Shown here: in pieces, positions 24,851 through 36,788 of the stretch
How the letters are laid out: each line of letters begins with the position of its first letter
Position numbering within the stretch: the first letter of the stretch is position 1
DNA from: Vicugna vicugna
Taxonomy: Eukaryota
NCBI GenBank assembly: GCA_013265495.1
Contig: MU059825.1
Location: 372,001 to 436,000, forward strand
Length of the DNA stretch: 64,000 nt
Direction: 5' to 3'
Program-made: the position numbers and the translations under genes
The notes under the pieces: generated by a model
What the model saw: the letters and a program-made list of their open reading frames with translations, nothing else
Databases searched by the model: none
Told to the model about the DNA's origin: nothing

Positions 24851-27811
24851 TCCAGAACTTAGTGAACGTTACACGCTTAGATGAGGACGTAGGTGCCTGG
24901 GGCTGGGTGCTTTGGGCAGTGGTCTCTGGGAGAACCATGACAGCACATCCTGCTTATAGGAACAAGAAGGACACAGACGGCCACCAGTTGTACAATCAAC
25001 AGTGAACACCAGTGAGGGTCTCATTGCAGTGGCCCCCAGAGCCGGATTCGGAGCTCCCACGAAGGCTCGTGGTTGCCCGCTTCACCCGTCCATCCTTCTG
25101 AACCCTTTCCCAGGGTGGCTGAGTTCCAGTCTGTGTTTAAGTGTGGCCTCTGTTTCAATCCTCTCGGCTGGCCATCCAGCCAGAGTTTCGCTGAAACCCC
25201 CTTGGTTGGTTCCGATGCTGGACTCATGGGTGTCATCCTTCACACAACATGGCTACCCTGCAGATGAAGTTCATTTCCTTGAATAATGAAATGTGCCACC
25301 AAGACTTTGCTTAGGACTTTGTTCCTGGCCCGGGAGGACATGGCGCCAAGCGCCCCGCCCTCATCCCACCTCACTGCCCCCCAGTTTATACTCTTTCTGC
25401 TGCTGAGAAGGTGTCGTCTGACTCTTGGAAGCTCCCTTGGCTCTCTGACTGCTTCTTCCCCCAAACTGAAAGAATTCCAAAGCTGTCATGATCACCAGCT
25501 GTCTCTTTATTTTGAGCAACAAGACTGAAAAATCATGCAGGTTCCGTGTGCAATATGAGACATGACAGAATGCAGTAGGGTTTGTGGCAGTCATAGATTC
25601 TGTTGAAAAATATTTTCGTGAGGACCATTTGAGATAAAGTTCATGCATACCTATGTCAGACAGTTTTAAGGAAAAAAAGAGGGAAATAATTGGTTTATAA
25701 AGTGGGAAATGTGAGAGAGAGGTTAGGCTTCAGTCAGGGCTGCAGCAGGGTGCTGAGGTGCTACCAAGAATAGTCTCTCTTTGTCTTTCGTCTCCGCTTC
25801 CTTCTGCGTCAGTCCAGTTCCCAGGCAGGCTCTCACCAAGCTGTGTCAGGGATGACAGCCAGCGCCTCCTGGCTTACCCCCCCACCAGTTTAGCGCCCAT
25901 GGATGAGAGCTTTGGGCTCTTGTACCCAGAGGAGTGTAGCTCGCATGCAGACCCTGCAGCCTGGGGTTGGGGTTACTCCCTGCAGAACGTGAGGCTGAAG
26001 GGAAAGGGTGCTGTCCGTGAGGTCATTCAGGATGTTGCTATGGTTTGAACAGGCAATGGATGCCGGCAGAGCAGATTAGCAGGTGTCCACTGCGGAAAAG
26101 GAAACCAGTAGCACAAGAGCGTTTGGGACAAATTAGAGAAGGTGAAGTTTGAGTTGGGTCTGGGGCAGAGGGGGGTTCGCGAACATTCAGGGGGAGCTCA
26201 GGCCATTCAGGGAAGAGGCAACGTCCTAATCACAGTCAGGGAAGCAGAAGTGACCTTGAACACTCCTGGGACGTGAAAGCTGGCCCAACACGGGCACTGG
26301 GCGGCCCGCTGAGGAGCTGATTGGCAAGCCTGGCCCCTGAGGGAGTGGGGATGCATAGCTGTCGGAGTCTCCTGGCCATCCGTCCGTCCATCTGTCCATC
26401 CCCCAGTCCACTCTTGAGCATCTTTACAGTGCCTGTGAACGGAGGGTGCGTAATGGGGTAGGAGGATGTGTTTGCTTCCATTTGTACAGTTTCTGAAGTT
26501 TTTTGGTATTCGGCTGGTGGGTGTATCTCAGAAATGAAATGGAAGGATGTTTGCATCCTTCTGAGTTTTTAGAAATCCCTCAGCCCACTGGACTTCCAGC
26601 CTTTACTGTTTCGGTAAGAAGGTTTCCTAGACAGGAGGCTGGGGTCTGGGCCCAGGGAGCATCATCCTTGAACTCCTTCCACCTCCTGCACAGAAGCATG
26701 GGCTTCAGAGCCCCCTGAGATTGCGTGTCTGTGCCCCAGCGTCCCAGGGAGGACACAGTGGAGACTCACTACAGTGTCTGTCAGTCCAAGGCCAACTGCG
26801 CTGAGAATGGGAGGAACAGCCGTTCATAGTTGGAAAGAAGCACAAACCTTTTTTTGGGGGGGGGTAGAAATCTTCCAAGCGAACTGACTAAGGGACATCA
26901 CAGCAAACCAGTGAGACTGTGGGCAAGGGAAGGAAGCCATTCTCACACTGAACTTCCCTGGGCGGGCTCATTTCTGCTTTGCAGGGTGTCCGCAAAGTTC
27001 AGGTTTCAGTGGGTTTTCATTTTTTTTCTTCCAGTTGTCACAGTAAATCTGTGAAGCAGAGTTGAATCTAAGTGTGAAAACTCAAGTGAAAGAAATGCGA
27101 CATTTCCCCCTAGAGGTATTTAACTCTCTCAGGCTCTCCTTTGGAAAGAACGCGGGAAAGATGCTGTCGGTTGGGACTTGGCTGCGTCCTTCTCCTTCCG
27201 GCTCTTGGCCAGACTCAGCTGAAGGACGGGGAGCAGTCTAGGTGTTTTCAGGCGGAGGGGCTTTAACGCAGGGGACCGGTCACACGGGAGGTGGAGGAGC
27301 TGCGGAGTCGGGTGAGCAACCTGGAAATACCACCTGGGCGGCTGCAGAGACAGCGGCGGGGTGCTGGTGTTCCCAGGGCCAGGCGCTGAGGGCTGCCCAG
27401 CAGGAGTGCGAGCCCAGAGGGGAAGGAGCCGCCTGCAGAGGCAACACCGGGAGCGGGCCGGGGCAGGAGCACTGCTTCCCTGGTCTTCCCGCGCTCCGGT
27501 GCCTCCTGTTGGCTAACGCGAGCAGCAGGGGCAGGGCAGTCTGGCAAATGCAGTTACTGTGATACGGGGGGGCAGTAGATTTGAGGGCGGCAGGGCAGCT
27601 GACAGGCGCACCACAGCTGCCCCGGAGTTGGGGTTGGGGCACTTAAAAGCAAGATGCTGGGGAGTCCATCTTGCCCCCACCCACGCGTGCCAGTGCTTAG
27701 TGTGTACATTTATGCTTTAGAGACATATGAGCCAGTCTACCAGTTGTTTCCGTCATTTTGGAGACAAGGCTTAAAGTTACAGGACATCACTGTAAAGTGT
27801 AAGCCCAGAGA

Positions 27812-28020
27812 ATTTTTGTTGAGGTGTAATTGACAAACAGCATTGTGTCAGTTTCAGGTGTACAGCATCGTGGTTTGATATTTGTGTATGTTGCAAAATG
27901 ATCACCACAATGTCTAACTTCTGTCGCCGTACAGAGTTACGGATTTTTTCTCCTGTAATGAGAATTCTTTTAAGAATTTGCAGCAAAGTATGCAAATATG
28001 CAATAAAGTATAGTTAAATA
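27812..28020 (-). mobile_element. LINE-1 3' tail, antisense
   Basis: ttgaggtgtaattgaca...tttcaggtgtacagcat...gatcaccaca. Confidence 0.7.
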
Positions 28021-29369
28021 AAGGGCTAAAGAATCGAGCAGTTTAGCTGTGTGGGCTCCATGGACTCCTGGTTAGCCCCGTGGGGCGCGGGAATCTCTGC
28101 CGGGGGACTCACCACCAGCCTTAAGTTCTGTAGGGTCTCACCTCTCTGGAACTTTCTGGAGAGCAGAGCCAAAGCCTGCTCTCCAGAACCCACCAGTGTC
28201 TGTATACACAAGTGCTTCTCAGTTTGTCGACCTCTGACGAAGCGGTATTTCTCTGCAGGTTGGGAGGGAAGCCCCGGCCTCAGTTCCCACAGGTCGTCTG
28301 TCGGTGTGCTTTCGTGTCCTCAGAGGAATCGAGTCTGTGCACCAGAGTCCCGGAGAGCCCTTTTTTCTGTCCCTTACCCTGTCCATCCTCCCTGAGGTGG
28401 TGAGCAGAGTGGCGTGGCCATCTGGATGGGAAATGGGAAAGAAATGGAGGAGAAGTGTAGATGGTAATCACAGAGAGCAGTAGTAATATCTTAGAAACAT
28501 TAGCCTTGCAGCGCTGTGGTGTTCACCGTAGACATCTCTGCTGGCTCTGTGTGGGAAGTCACTGCTGTCCAGGGCGAATCAGTAGCGCCTCCTCAGGCCG
28601 GGACCTGTGAGGGCGTTTAGTCTGCTTGTAAGGTTCGGGGCTCGTCTGCTTCTGTGTCTGGGTGGTTCGTAGCGCTCAGTGATGTTCCACTCCCAGCCCC
28701 ACCGTCTACCTAGCTCCACAGATTTCAGCTTCAAAGCCGGCCTTTCTCCTAGTTTTGGTTTAAATGTTTTTTTCACCGTCCGTTTGACTCTTCTTTGTAT
28801 CAGTCGTCAAGGGAGCGTGTGAAGAAGTGTGGGGCACATCCGACCAGCATGGTGTGCCTCCAGAACTAGTCGACAGGTCTGCGTCACAGTTCTGCCTCTA
28901 CGTTTGGTTAAGACGTGGGATCCCAGGTGGTGAGGGTTCTGTCCCCTCTGGCCTCCCCCAAATGCAGAAGTCTGGCTTCCTGACAGCCACAGCGGGGGTC
29001 TTCCATCATCGCTGGTTGAATTCCATTTGGCGAATGTGGGTTAGGCTTCTGCTGCAAGGGGCACTTACAGCCCGGCTGAGAAAGTGAGCATTACACAGAA
29101 ATAGTCAGCACAGTACAAGCCTGTTGCAGTGTTACTATTATACGCAGAACGATGATAATAATGTGAGTGTGGTAGTAATGCGTGTATTACGTGCAGAATA
29201 ATAACAGCAGCGCACGTCGTGATGACGACGATGCGGGTGTTACACGCAGTGCAGTAATAGGTCCCGCAGGTGATGGGGCACGCGGCGGGGGGCCGAGTCG
29301 GGGAGGGGGCTCTGGATAGGCGGCCTCACTGCGATCATTTACTGTGTCGTACTACGTGCCAGAGGCTGT

Positions 29370-29760
29370 TCGAGGCCCTGGGTTGTGTCGGCAGGTGGAG
29401 GTGAGTTCTCTAGTCTAATGACCTCACAGGTAAGTGGGGAGGAGGGAAGACATAAAATGGGCAAACACACAAATAAGCGAGACAACCTCCGGCAGGGACA
29501 GATGCTGCGAGAGGCCAGGGACCAGCGTCCCAGGCAGTGGGGTGGCATATGCCAAGACGTGGGGCGGGGGGGTGCGACGAGCTTGGTGTAAGAGTGGGGC
29601 TGGTCAGAGGCCGGTGTGGCTGCAGCATAGTGGGGGGGGGCAGTAAGAGATCAGGCAGAGAAGTGGGCCCCACGACGGAGGAACCCGTCAGCTGTGGCAG
29701 AGAGCTGAGGTTTTGTTCCGAGGGCAGTTGGCAGCCACTGAGTGCTTTAAGCAGAGGACA
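29370..29760 (-). mobile_element. LINE-2 fragment, antisense
   Basis: Purine-rich L2-antisense motifs, e.g. gagtgctttaagcagaggac. Confidence 0.5.
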
Positions 29761-29761
29761 G

Positions 29762-30257
29762 TGTACTGGACAGGGTCCTCCAGAGGAACAGAACCAGCCG
29801 GATATAGTCGAGAGATACACAGACATAAGAGGAGATTTGTTCCAGGAAGTGGTACACATTACAGAGGCTGACAGGTCCCACGGTCTGCCTGCCATCTGCA
29901 AGCCGGAGTCCCAGGAAAGCTGGCGATGTGATTCGGTTCAAGTTCAAAGTCCTGAGAATTTGCAGGCTGATGGTGTAAGTCCCACTCTGAGCCCCAAAGC
30001 CCAAGAGGCCAGTGTCCAAGGGCAGGAGAAGATGGATGTCCTAGGTCAGACTGAATTCCTCCTTCCTCCGTCTTCTCGTTCTACTCGGGCCCACGGCAGG
30101 GGGGACGGTGCCCTCCTGCCTGGGTGAGGACCGCCGCTGTTACCGGCTCACCAATTCAAATGCTGATCTCTTCTGGAAACACCTTCACGACACACCGAAA
30201 TCATGCTTCCCCGGGTCCCTGGGCCTCCCTTAGCCCAGGCACCAAATTAGCCATCAC
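29762..30257 (-). mobile_element. ERVL LTR (MLT2-like)
   Basis: ccagaggaacagaacc...caattcaaatgctgatctcttctggaaacacc...aaattagccatcac is the reverse complement of the MLT2 consensus. Confidence 0.8.
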
Positions 30258-30739
30258 GGGTGGCCATGTTCTGGAGGGAGCTCCCTGGCCGCGTGGGGGA
30301 CCTGTCCCTGTGGAGGACTGACAGCAGGAAGACCAACGATAAGTCTGGTGATGGCCCCGGGGAGGTGACGGCGGCTGGCCCGGGGGTGGTGACAGGGGAG
30401 GCGGAGAAAGGGGCCAATTTGGGAAAGATTTTGGTGCAAATGGAAGATTTTCTCAGGACTTGGATGTTGGACTAGGAGGGAAGGGGATGAGGAGAGACTC
30501 CTGGCTTTTTGGCTCCAGGAACTGAGTGGATGGGGGGTCACTGCCGAGATGGAGCAGCCTGGGGAAGGAAGTGGTTGGAGAGGGAAAGTCAAGAACTGTG
30601 TTTCGGACAGGCTGAAGTTGAGCTTCCTCTGGCACATCCAAGTGGAGATGACGAGTGGGCCGCTGGGTGTGAGGGCAGAAGTAAAGATTTCATTTGGGAG
30701 CATGGTTCATACATGGCTGTTCAACCGTGATGTGGAGCA

Positions 30740-30820
30740 GGGAGGGTGGAGCTCAGTGGAGGAGCACGTGCCTGGCATGCGCGAGGTCCTGGGTTCCGTC
30801 CTCAGTGCTCTATTTAAAGA
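30740..30820 (+). mobile_element. tRNA-Ala-derived SINE (camelid vic-1-like), diverged copy
   Basis: gggagggtggagctcagtggaggagcacgtgcctggcatgcgcgaggtcctgggttccgtcctcagtgctc followed by an A-rich tail. Confidence 0.7.
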
Positions 30821-32030
30821 AGACAAACAGGAGCGGAAGGTGTTTCACGAGGAGGTGGCCCCTCATGTCACATGCTGCTGAGAGGTTGGGCCCCAGGCCA
30901 GAGAAGTGCCCGCTGGCCTGGTCGTCTCGGCAGGAGTGGTAGGAGGGACACCCGGATGAAGGAGCTGGGAGGGTGAGCGGGGAGTGAGGTCGTGCAGACA
31001 GTGGGTGAGACATCCCTGTAAGCAGTCTGCTGAGCAGTGAAGCAGATAAACGGGCCGCAGCCGGAGGGGAGGTGGCCTTGAAGGGGCAGTCAGGTGTGGG
31101 CGATGCACTGAATCAACAGAAAGTTCACAGCTAATCTTGTCCCCCCAGCTGCCACGGTCATCGTAATTAACCTGAAATATGATGTCCCCCAGAGGGCGTA
31201 TGTTTTTACCCATTGTTTTTGCTTTTCTGACAACCCCTTTATATTGACTTGGTTCATCAGCCTGAGAGCTGTAATAGCCGTTTCCAACCCAGCTGTTTCC
31301 ATCCCTCTGATCAACAAGCCCCCGTCCCCCTTTCGCCTCTAAGCAAGGACTCCACTCAGGTGTTCGTTGTCCCTCTGTCCTCCAGTGACACCTAAGGCCT
31401 GTGGGAGCACGCCTGGAGCAAAAGCCATGTTCATTTAACGTGTCTAATGCATCCTTGTAAGGAAAGTGGTTTCCTCCTTCCCCTGATGACTTCCTTCCCA
31501 AAGCGAAATAAAGATGAGCCAGGCTGCGCGGGCAGCGCCCACTTCCAAAATAAACAGCGGTACAAAAATCAGCCCGAACAGTAGTGCAGTTAAGCAGCTG
31601 CGTAGTCATCCCTCCAAACCAGGCTGGCTGCTGGGGAGCCTGAGGGTCCTCATATGCCCTGGTGGGTGTCACGGTGAGGGTGGCCAGGGAGAAGGGGCTC
31701 AGGCCAGGAGGGGGTCCGTGGTTAGGCGTACGCTGGCTTTGCAGTTTGCCGTTCCTGGGTGGCTTCCAGCGCCACGTGTGGACTTGGACTTCAGCAGCCA
31801 CTCGGCTTCCCTGAGCGTGTGGCCCGTGTGAACGGTGGCCGCAGCACGCAGCGTTGTTTGGGAGAGTGCCTGGCACGTGGTCGGTGCTTAACAAGTGGCA
31901 GCGAGTGTTCTTTATCATCTCATCTTACTGGTGCCATCAGCCCAGCCACTCGGCGCCTTGCCGGTGGAGTCGCTGGTCGCTGGATACGTTCTGCCTCTCC
32001 TACGCACCTTGAGTTTATGCTAAAGAGGCA

Positions 32031-32185
32031 TCCCGGGCTGCTGCGTGCGTCCCGGGCTGCTGCGTGCGTCCCGGGCTGCTGTGTGGTGCGTCCTGGGCTG
32101 CCGCGTGCGTCCCAGGCTGCTGTGTGGTGCGTCCCGGGCTGCTATGTGTGTCCCGGGCTGCCGCGTGCGTCCCGGGCTGCTGCGT
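32031..32185. repeat. CpG-rich minisatellite, ~8 units of 19 or 22 nt (tcccgggctgctgcgtgcg)
   Basis: Units start at 32031, 32050, 32069, 32091, 32110, 32132, 32151 and 32170 (last unit partial). Confidence 0.95.
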
Positions 32186-32289
32186 CACAGACTGCTTCAT
32201 TACCTGATGCTGCACTGCGAGGTCCTGGGTGACAGGACACTGCACAAGGTCGATGGGGAGGGGTTTTCTTGTATTCAGGGTAAAAGGTA

Positions 32290-32570
32290 GTGGCCTTAGT
32301 TGATGCCAGGTACTATTCTAACTCATGTAACACTCAGAACACCCCTACGAAGCAGGTGTTCATTCATAATTAACTAATCAACATTAGTTATCTACTTAAT
32401 TGTTAGTTAATTAGCCTTCTACAAATTCATCATAATGCTGATGAATAATTAACCCTGAAGAAGCGAATGAAGCACAGAGAGGTCAAGTCACTAGCTCGAG
32501 GATGCAGAGCTGGGAGGCAGCAGGGCTGGGACCTGAACCCAGGCAGTCTGACTCTTGATCACTGCCCTCC
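32290..32570 (-). mobile_element. MIR SINE, antisense, interrupted by an AT-rich insert
   Basis: gccaggtactattcta...aagcacagagaggtcaagtcact...acctgaacccaggcagtctgactc. Confidence 0.7.
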
Positions 32571-32829
32571 ACCTTTAACTGACCTGAATTCCTGGAAACA
32601 CATCTCCACCATCACTGTCCCTGTAAACACCTGCTGGAGAATATTGAGGAAGTTCCAGGAGCTGGGAAAGGCCAGTGTGGCTGAAGCAGACTGAGTGAGG
32701 AGGCCAGGTGGTCAGAGCTGAGCTTCGAGAAGTCCCGGGGGCAGATCACAAAGGACAGCTTTAAGGATTTGGCTTCTGTACTGAGTGACCTGTTCAGGGG
32801 CGGGGACTACAGCTGGAGACCAGGTGCCT

Positions 32830-33300
32830 GTCTACATTCTAGGGTGGGAAGGCAGACATTGGGCAAGTGAAATGTGTAGTACATTAGATGGTGGTAAGTA
32901 TTCTGGGCCAAAATAAAGCAAGGCAGTGAATAAGGATGCTGAGGAAGGGAGAAGTTACAGTTTTACTTATGGCTTCACTGAGAAGGTGGTATTTGAGCAA
33001 AGACTGGAATTTGAGAGAACAAGCTCTTCCAGTATTGGGGGGAAGGGTGTGACTGGCAGAGGGAATAGCATGTGCAAAGGCCCTGAGGTGCCTGGCCTTT
33101 GGAAAGATAAAGCCCAGGGTGGAGAGCAGAGTGGGATAGGCAGACAGTGGTAGAGGGATGTCGGGAGGAAGGAGGAGGCAGGACTTGCAGCCTCATCACT
33201 GCAGCTTTACTTGGGTGGTGAGGGTCACTGAGGGGTTCCGAACAGAGAAAGAACGTGACCCACCTTCTGGGTGCAGAGATCTCTCAGGCTGCTGGCTGCC
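32830..33300 (-). mobile_element. LINE-2 fragment, antisense
   Basis: ggcagagggaatagcatgtgcaaaggccctgagg and related motifs. Similar fragments lie near 12290-12590 and 18700-18900. Confidence 0.6.
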
Positions 33301-34603
33301 AGGCGTTGGGATTCATGGGTTCATGTGGGTATCTGGCCGGTTCTGAGCAGTAGAAGCTGTCTAGCGTGTTCTGGAAAGGTGTTCCTTCCTGACGTGACGT
33401 AGGAGAAAGGCGCCCCCCTCACAGTCTTTGGTTCCTAAGGGACGTCATGTGAAGCAGTGAGCAGCGTCTGGAGCAGGGAACACCCTGCAGGCTTCCCAAG
33501 TGCTCAGGGCTGGCCTCACACCCGCAGCCCCACAGACCCGGCCCAGTGCGTCCTCTGGGTGAGGACTGGAGGAATCCTGGCGCCATGCTGTTCCGGGGCC
33601 TGGAAGACCCTTCCACCCGCAGCTCCCTGGTCTCTGCTTCAGTGCCGTCTCCTCGGTGGGGCTCCAGCTCCTTCACTGGATCCTGCTGGCCTCTGCCGCA
33701 CCCACAGCCCCATCCCCCAGCCCCCTGCTGTGTTTTCCTCCGTGGCATTCAGGACCACCCCACGCACTACGCGTGGCTTAGTGCGCGGCTGCGTCTGGCT
33801 CTCCCCTCGGACGTAAACTCCGGGCGTTGGGCTTGTTTGTTTTTGTTTCCTCACTGACGCCTTTGTAACCCAGGGTGGCGAGGGGCACGAGACAGGCGCT
33901 TGGTAATTACTGCTGAGTGAGTGAGTGAGTGTTCACGGCAGCGGCAGGCGGACACTTCATTGTCGGGTCGGCGGTGGGAGGGGAGTGGCGGCCAGTCCTG
34001 TAAGCTGGAGGTGGCTGCGTGCCGGCTTGAGTGGCCCAGCGGAAGCTCCCTGCTGCCGCCTGCTGTGGTCTGGCCTGCCGGCTCGCTCACGCCCTTTCTC
34101 ACCTGCTCCCACAGTTAGGACGTCCGTTCAGGGAGGCCGAGTCCTGCTGCTCTGTGGGTCCAGGCTCTTGGCACATGGTAGGCGCCCAGTAAATACTGGT
34201 TGGATGAATAAACATAAAGAAGGAGAAAACTGACGAGGAAATGGAACAGATCCCTCTCTGGAACTAAAAGCCTTGCACAGGTGGTCCACCTGCCCTCCGA
34301 CAATCCATGAACGTTGGTGGGGAACAAGCAACATGACTTAACTCTGGTGCTCGTAAGACGAGGCCTGATACTGACAGAAGTAACGCCCTCTGAGTCGGTG
34401 AGCAGTGTTTGTGCAAGAGTTTCCAGAGCCACTGAGCGCTTGGAGAGCTCCTGACACCTTCCGAGGCGCTGGTGGCTGGCTGTCTTCGTGGCGCGTCCCG
34501 GCCTTGTGCCTTGTGCCGCTGGCCTGGGAGTCACGGTGGGTTGGTGGTGGGCGGGGGGGCCGGTCTGTCCTAAGAGATCGTTAGGAATTGCCAGACCTGT
34601 GGC

Positions 34604-34687
34604 GCGGGGGTAGCTCAGTGGCGGAGCACATGCTTAGCATGCACGAGGTCCTGGGTTTCATCCCCCAGTGCCTCCATTAAAAAGAAA
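34604..34687 (+). mobile_element. tRNA-Ala(AGC)-derived SINE (camelid vic-1-like); not a functional tRNA
   Basis: A box tagctcagtgg, anticodon loop TTAGCAT and an intact T-arm CTGGG-TTTCATC-CCCAG. The acceptor stem is broken (GCGGGGG/TGCCTCC) and an A tail follows. Confidence 0.8.
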
Positions 34688-36149
34688 GTTGCTGCACCCA
34701 GATTGGGCATCACAGCTCTGCAGGGCCAGGAGAAGCATGGTCAGGACTGGCCCTTGGAGGTGCGGGGGCTGCAGCAGCAGAGAACCCCTCTCCCACCTGG
34801 GATGGTGAGACACGCTCAGGCCAGGAAGGCTGGGTGCTGGCGAGGGTGCAGGCGGCTGTGTGGGGGCTGTTTCTGTCGCCTGTCTGGCCCACAGACAGAC
34901 ACTAATGACCCATTCCGGCCCCAACGCGGGCAAGTTACAGTGATGGACAGACACGCCCATTTCCACATGTTGTGGGATTTTGTTCGTGCTTTGAGGGAGA
35001 GGGGTCTGTCTTCCCAGGATCCCGGGTTCTGGTGAGGGTTTCCATGGCAACAGGGAAACCAGCACGTGTCTGCTTTTGGGGCAGGGTACCTGCAGCTTCC
35101 CAGAGAACAGACAGTAGAGGGGACTTTGTGGTGGTTCAGCTCAGACTGGAGGCGAGGCCAGCACGTGATGTCACTGCACACATGACACGTGCAGCGTGGG
35201 ACGGCAGGAAGACTTCACTTTTTCAGTGCAGACAAGTCGCAGAAATCTGTGACCTGATACCTGAGAGCTTCCTCGTCTGCAGTTGAAATTGTTCAGCTCC
35301 AAATCTCTCCCAGAAGGAAGAAACTTCTGGTGCCAGAGGGTGGAGTGGACTTGAGGAAGATGGTGAAAAGAATAGAATTTACCTCCCTACCCTCCTCCCT
35401 TATCTCCCCGTGCCCCCTTCCCCAATCTGGGGATGAAAATAATAAAATTTTAAAGTCGTAAATAGTAACAGTAAATCAACAACACATTGAGGCCAAGGAG
35501 GAAGGTGTGCTAGGGCCCCTCCCTGGCATGGCAGGGTGCCTCCTATCTTTACAGGTCCCGTGAAGGAGAGGCTGGGTCCACGGTGGGGACTGCGATAAAC
35601 TGGAGGCGTGTGCTTGTGGCTCCGCCTCTGCCAGCCCCTCCAGTGGGACACGCCTTCTCTCTTTTTTTTTTTAAGAAATCTGGACTTTGATGTAAAAGAT
35701 CACAATTATAAAACATTGATCACTAAGTCACATTGGGCATGTATCTTGTTACAGAAAAGAAAGAGGGAGGGAGGGAGGGAAGGAGGGAGAAAGATAAATC
35801 CAGGTGTCGTGGACCTGGCTCTCCAGGAAGTGCTCCAGGTGGTGGAAGTCCGCCCCACCCGCACCTTTTTCTGTGTGGTGTCCTTGCTCGTGTTTCCTCG
35901 CCTCGGGGGCTCACAGGGTCACGACAGGGCTGTGGTGGTCCCGGCTGTCCTCTGGTGCTCACTGGTGGGTTCTCCTGGAGGGTGACTTTGGGTGGGTGAG
36001 AAGTCATCAGAGACGAGGAGAAGATGCTGGAGTTAGAGAAAGGGTCCAGCCCTGGGCCTCCCTGCCTCAGTGGGACCTTTTGGGAGGGACCAGTTGAGGG
36101 GTCATTTGGACCTGCGGGGCTGAGCACTGTTCTTCACGTGAGTCAGCAG

Positions 36150-36330
36150 ACAGGACTGAAGCCCGAGATTCAAAGGCTCCACTGGGGACTTAGATTTGAA
36201 TCCTACATGGCCGCTTACCATGTGGGGCAAACAAGGAAAACTGTGTCAGTTTTCCCATCTGTAGAATGGGGCTGGTTACAGCATCTCCCTCCTATGATGA
36301 TTGCGAGGATGACATTACTTACGTGGTGGT
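36150..36330 (+). mobile_element. MIR SINE
   Basis: gatttgaatcc...tcagttttcccatctgtagaatgggg. Confidence 0.65.
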
Positions 36331-36683
36331 GAAAAGCTCGGAACGATACCCCTGTGCAGGGAAAGATCCGTCAATCTTGGCTGGTACTTGCAGAAGACCT
36401 GGGGGAGAACAGAAAGAGGAGAGCAGTTTTCAAAACAGGAAGAAGAGGAATTCATCTCTGCAGGAGACCCAGTTGTGCTCACGTGCTCCTGGCATGTAAA
36501 ACATAAAAAGTGAAAACTGAGGGAGAAAGGCTTGTGGGTGGGAGGGTTTCTCCGGCTCTCCCTGCAGCCCCTGGGAGGAGCCGGGAAGGCGGGTGGTGAG
36601 TCAGAGCGGGTTGCTGGCCGCGGGGACCTGGGATACCGCTCCCTGCGGGGCACCAGGCTGACCCACCTGTCCTCCCCCCGCAG

Positions 36684-36788
36684 CACATGCGAGAGGCTGC
36701 GGAACGGCGGCAGCAGCTGGAATTGGAGCATGAACAAGCCTTGGCTGTCCTCAGCGCCAAGCAGCAGGAGATCGACCTTCTGCAGAAG
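36684..36788 (+). CDS. RIMBP2: RIMBP2 exon with canonical start (H-MREAAERRQQLELEHEQALAVLSAKQQEIDLLQK), ATG 36687, 105 nt
   Basis: The peptide matches the known RIMBP2 N-terminus. Acceptor cctccccccgcag| and donor AAG|gtgagc. Confidence 0.97.

Noticed and set aside
30863-31918. 351-aa minus-strand ORF, and likewise the 358-aa ORF at 51208-52284 and other long ORFs in the track
   Set aside because: No recognisable domain, low-complexity G/P/A/R/S composition, alternative start codons and no splice support. Expected by chance in GC-rich intron sequence.
32031-32185. CRISPR-like array
   Set aside because: Head-to-tail units without unique spacers in a mammalian intron. It is a minisatellite.
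33715-33735. CTCF-like motif (reverse strand ACAGCAGGGGGCTG)
   Set aside because: Mismatches at two consensus positions, and such matches are common in GC-rich DNA without ChIP data.
34604-34675. tRNA-Ala(AGC) gene
   Set aside because: The acceptor stem has two mismatches and two G-T pairs, the anticodon stem has an A-C mismatch, and an A tail follows instead of a T-run terminator. Better explained as a SINE.
35940-35962. REST/RE1-like site (ggctgtcctctggtgctcac) ~720 nt upstream of the start exon; half sites also at ~25990, ~49962 and ~62500
   Set aside because: Half-site spacing is 3 nt rather than 2 and the flanks mismatch. The others are half sites only.
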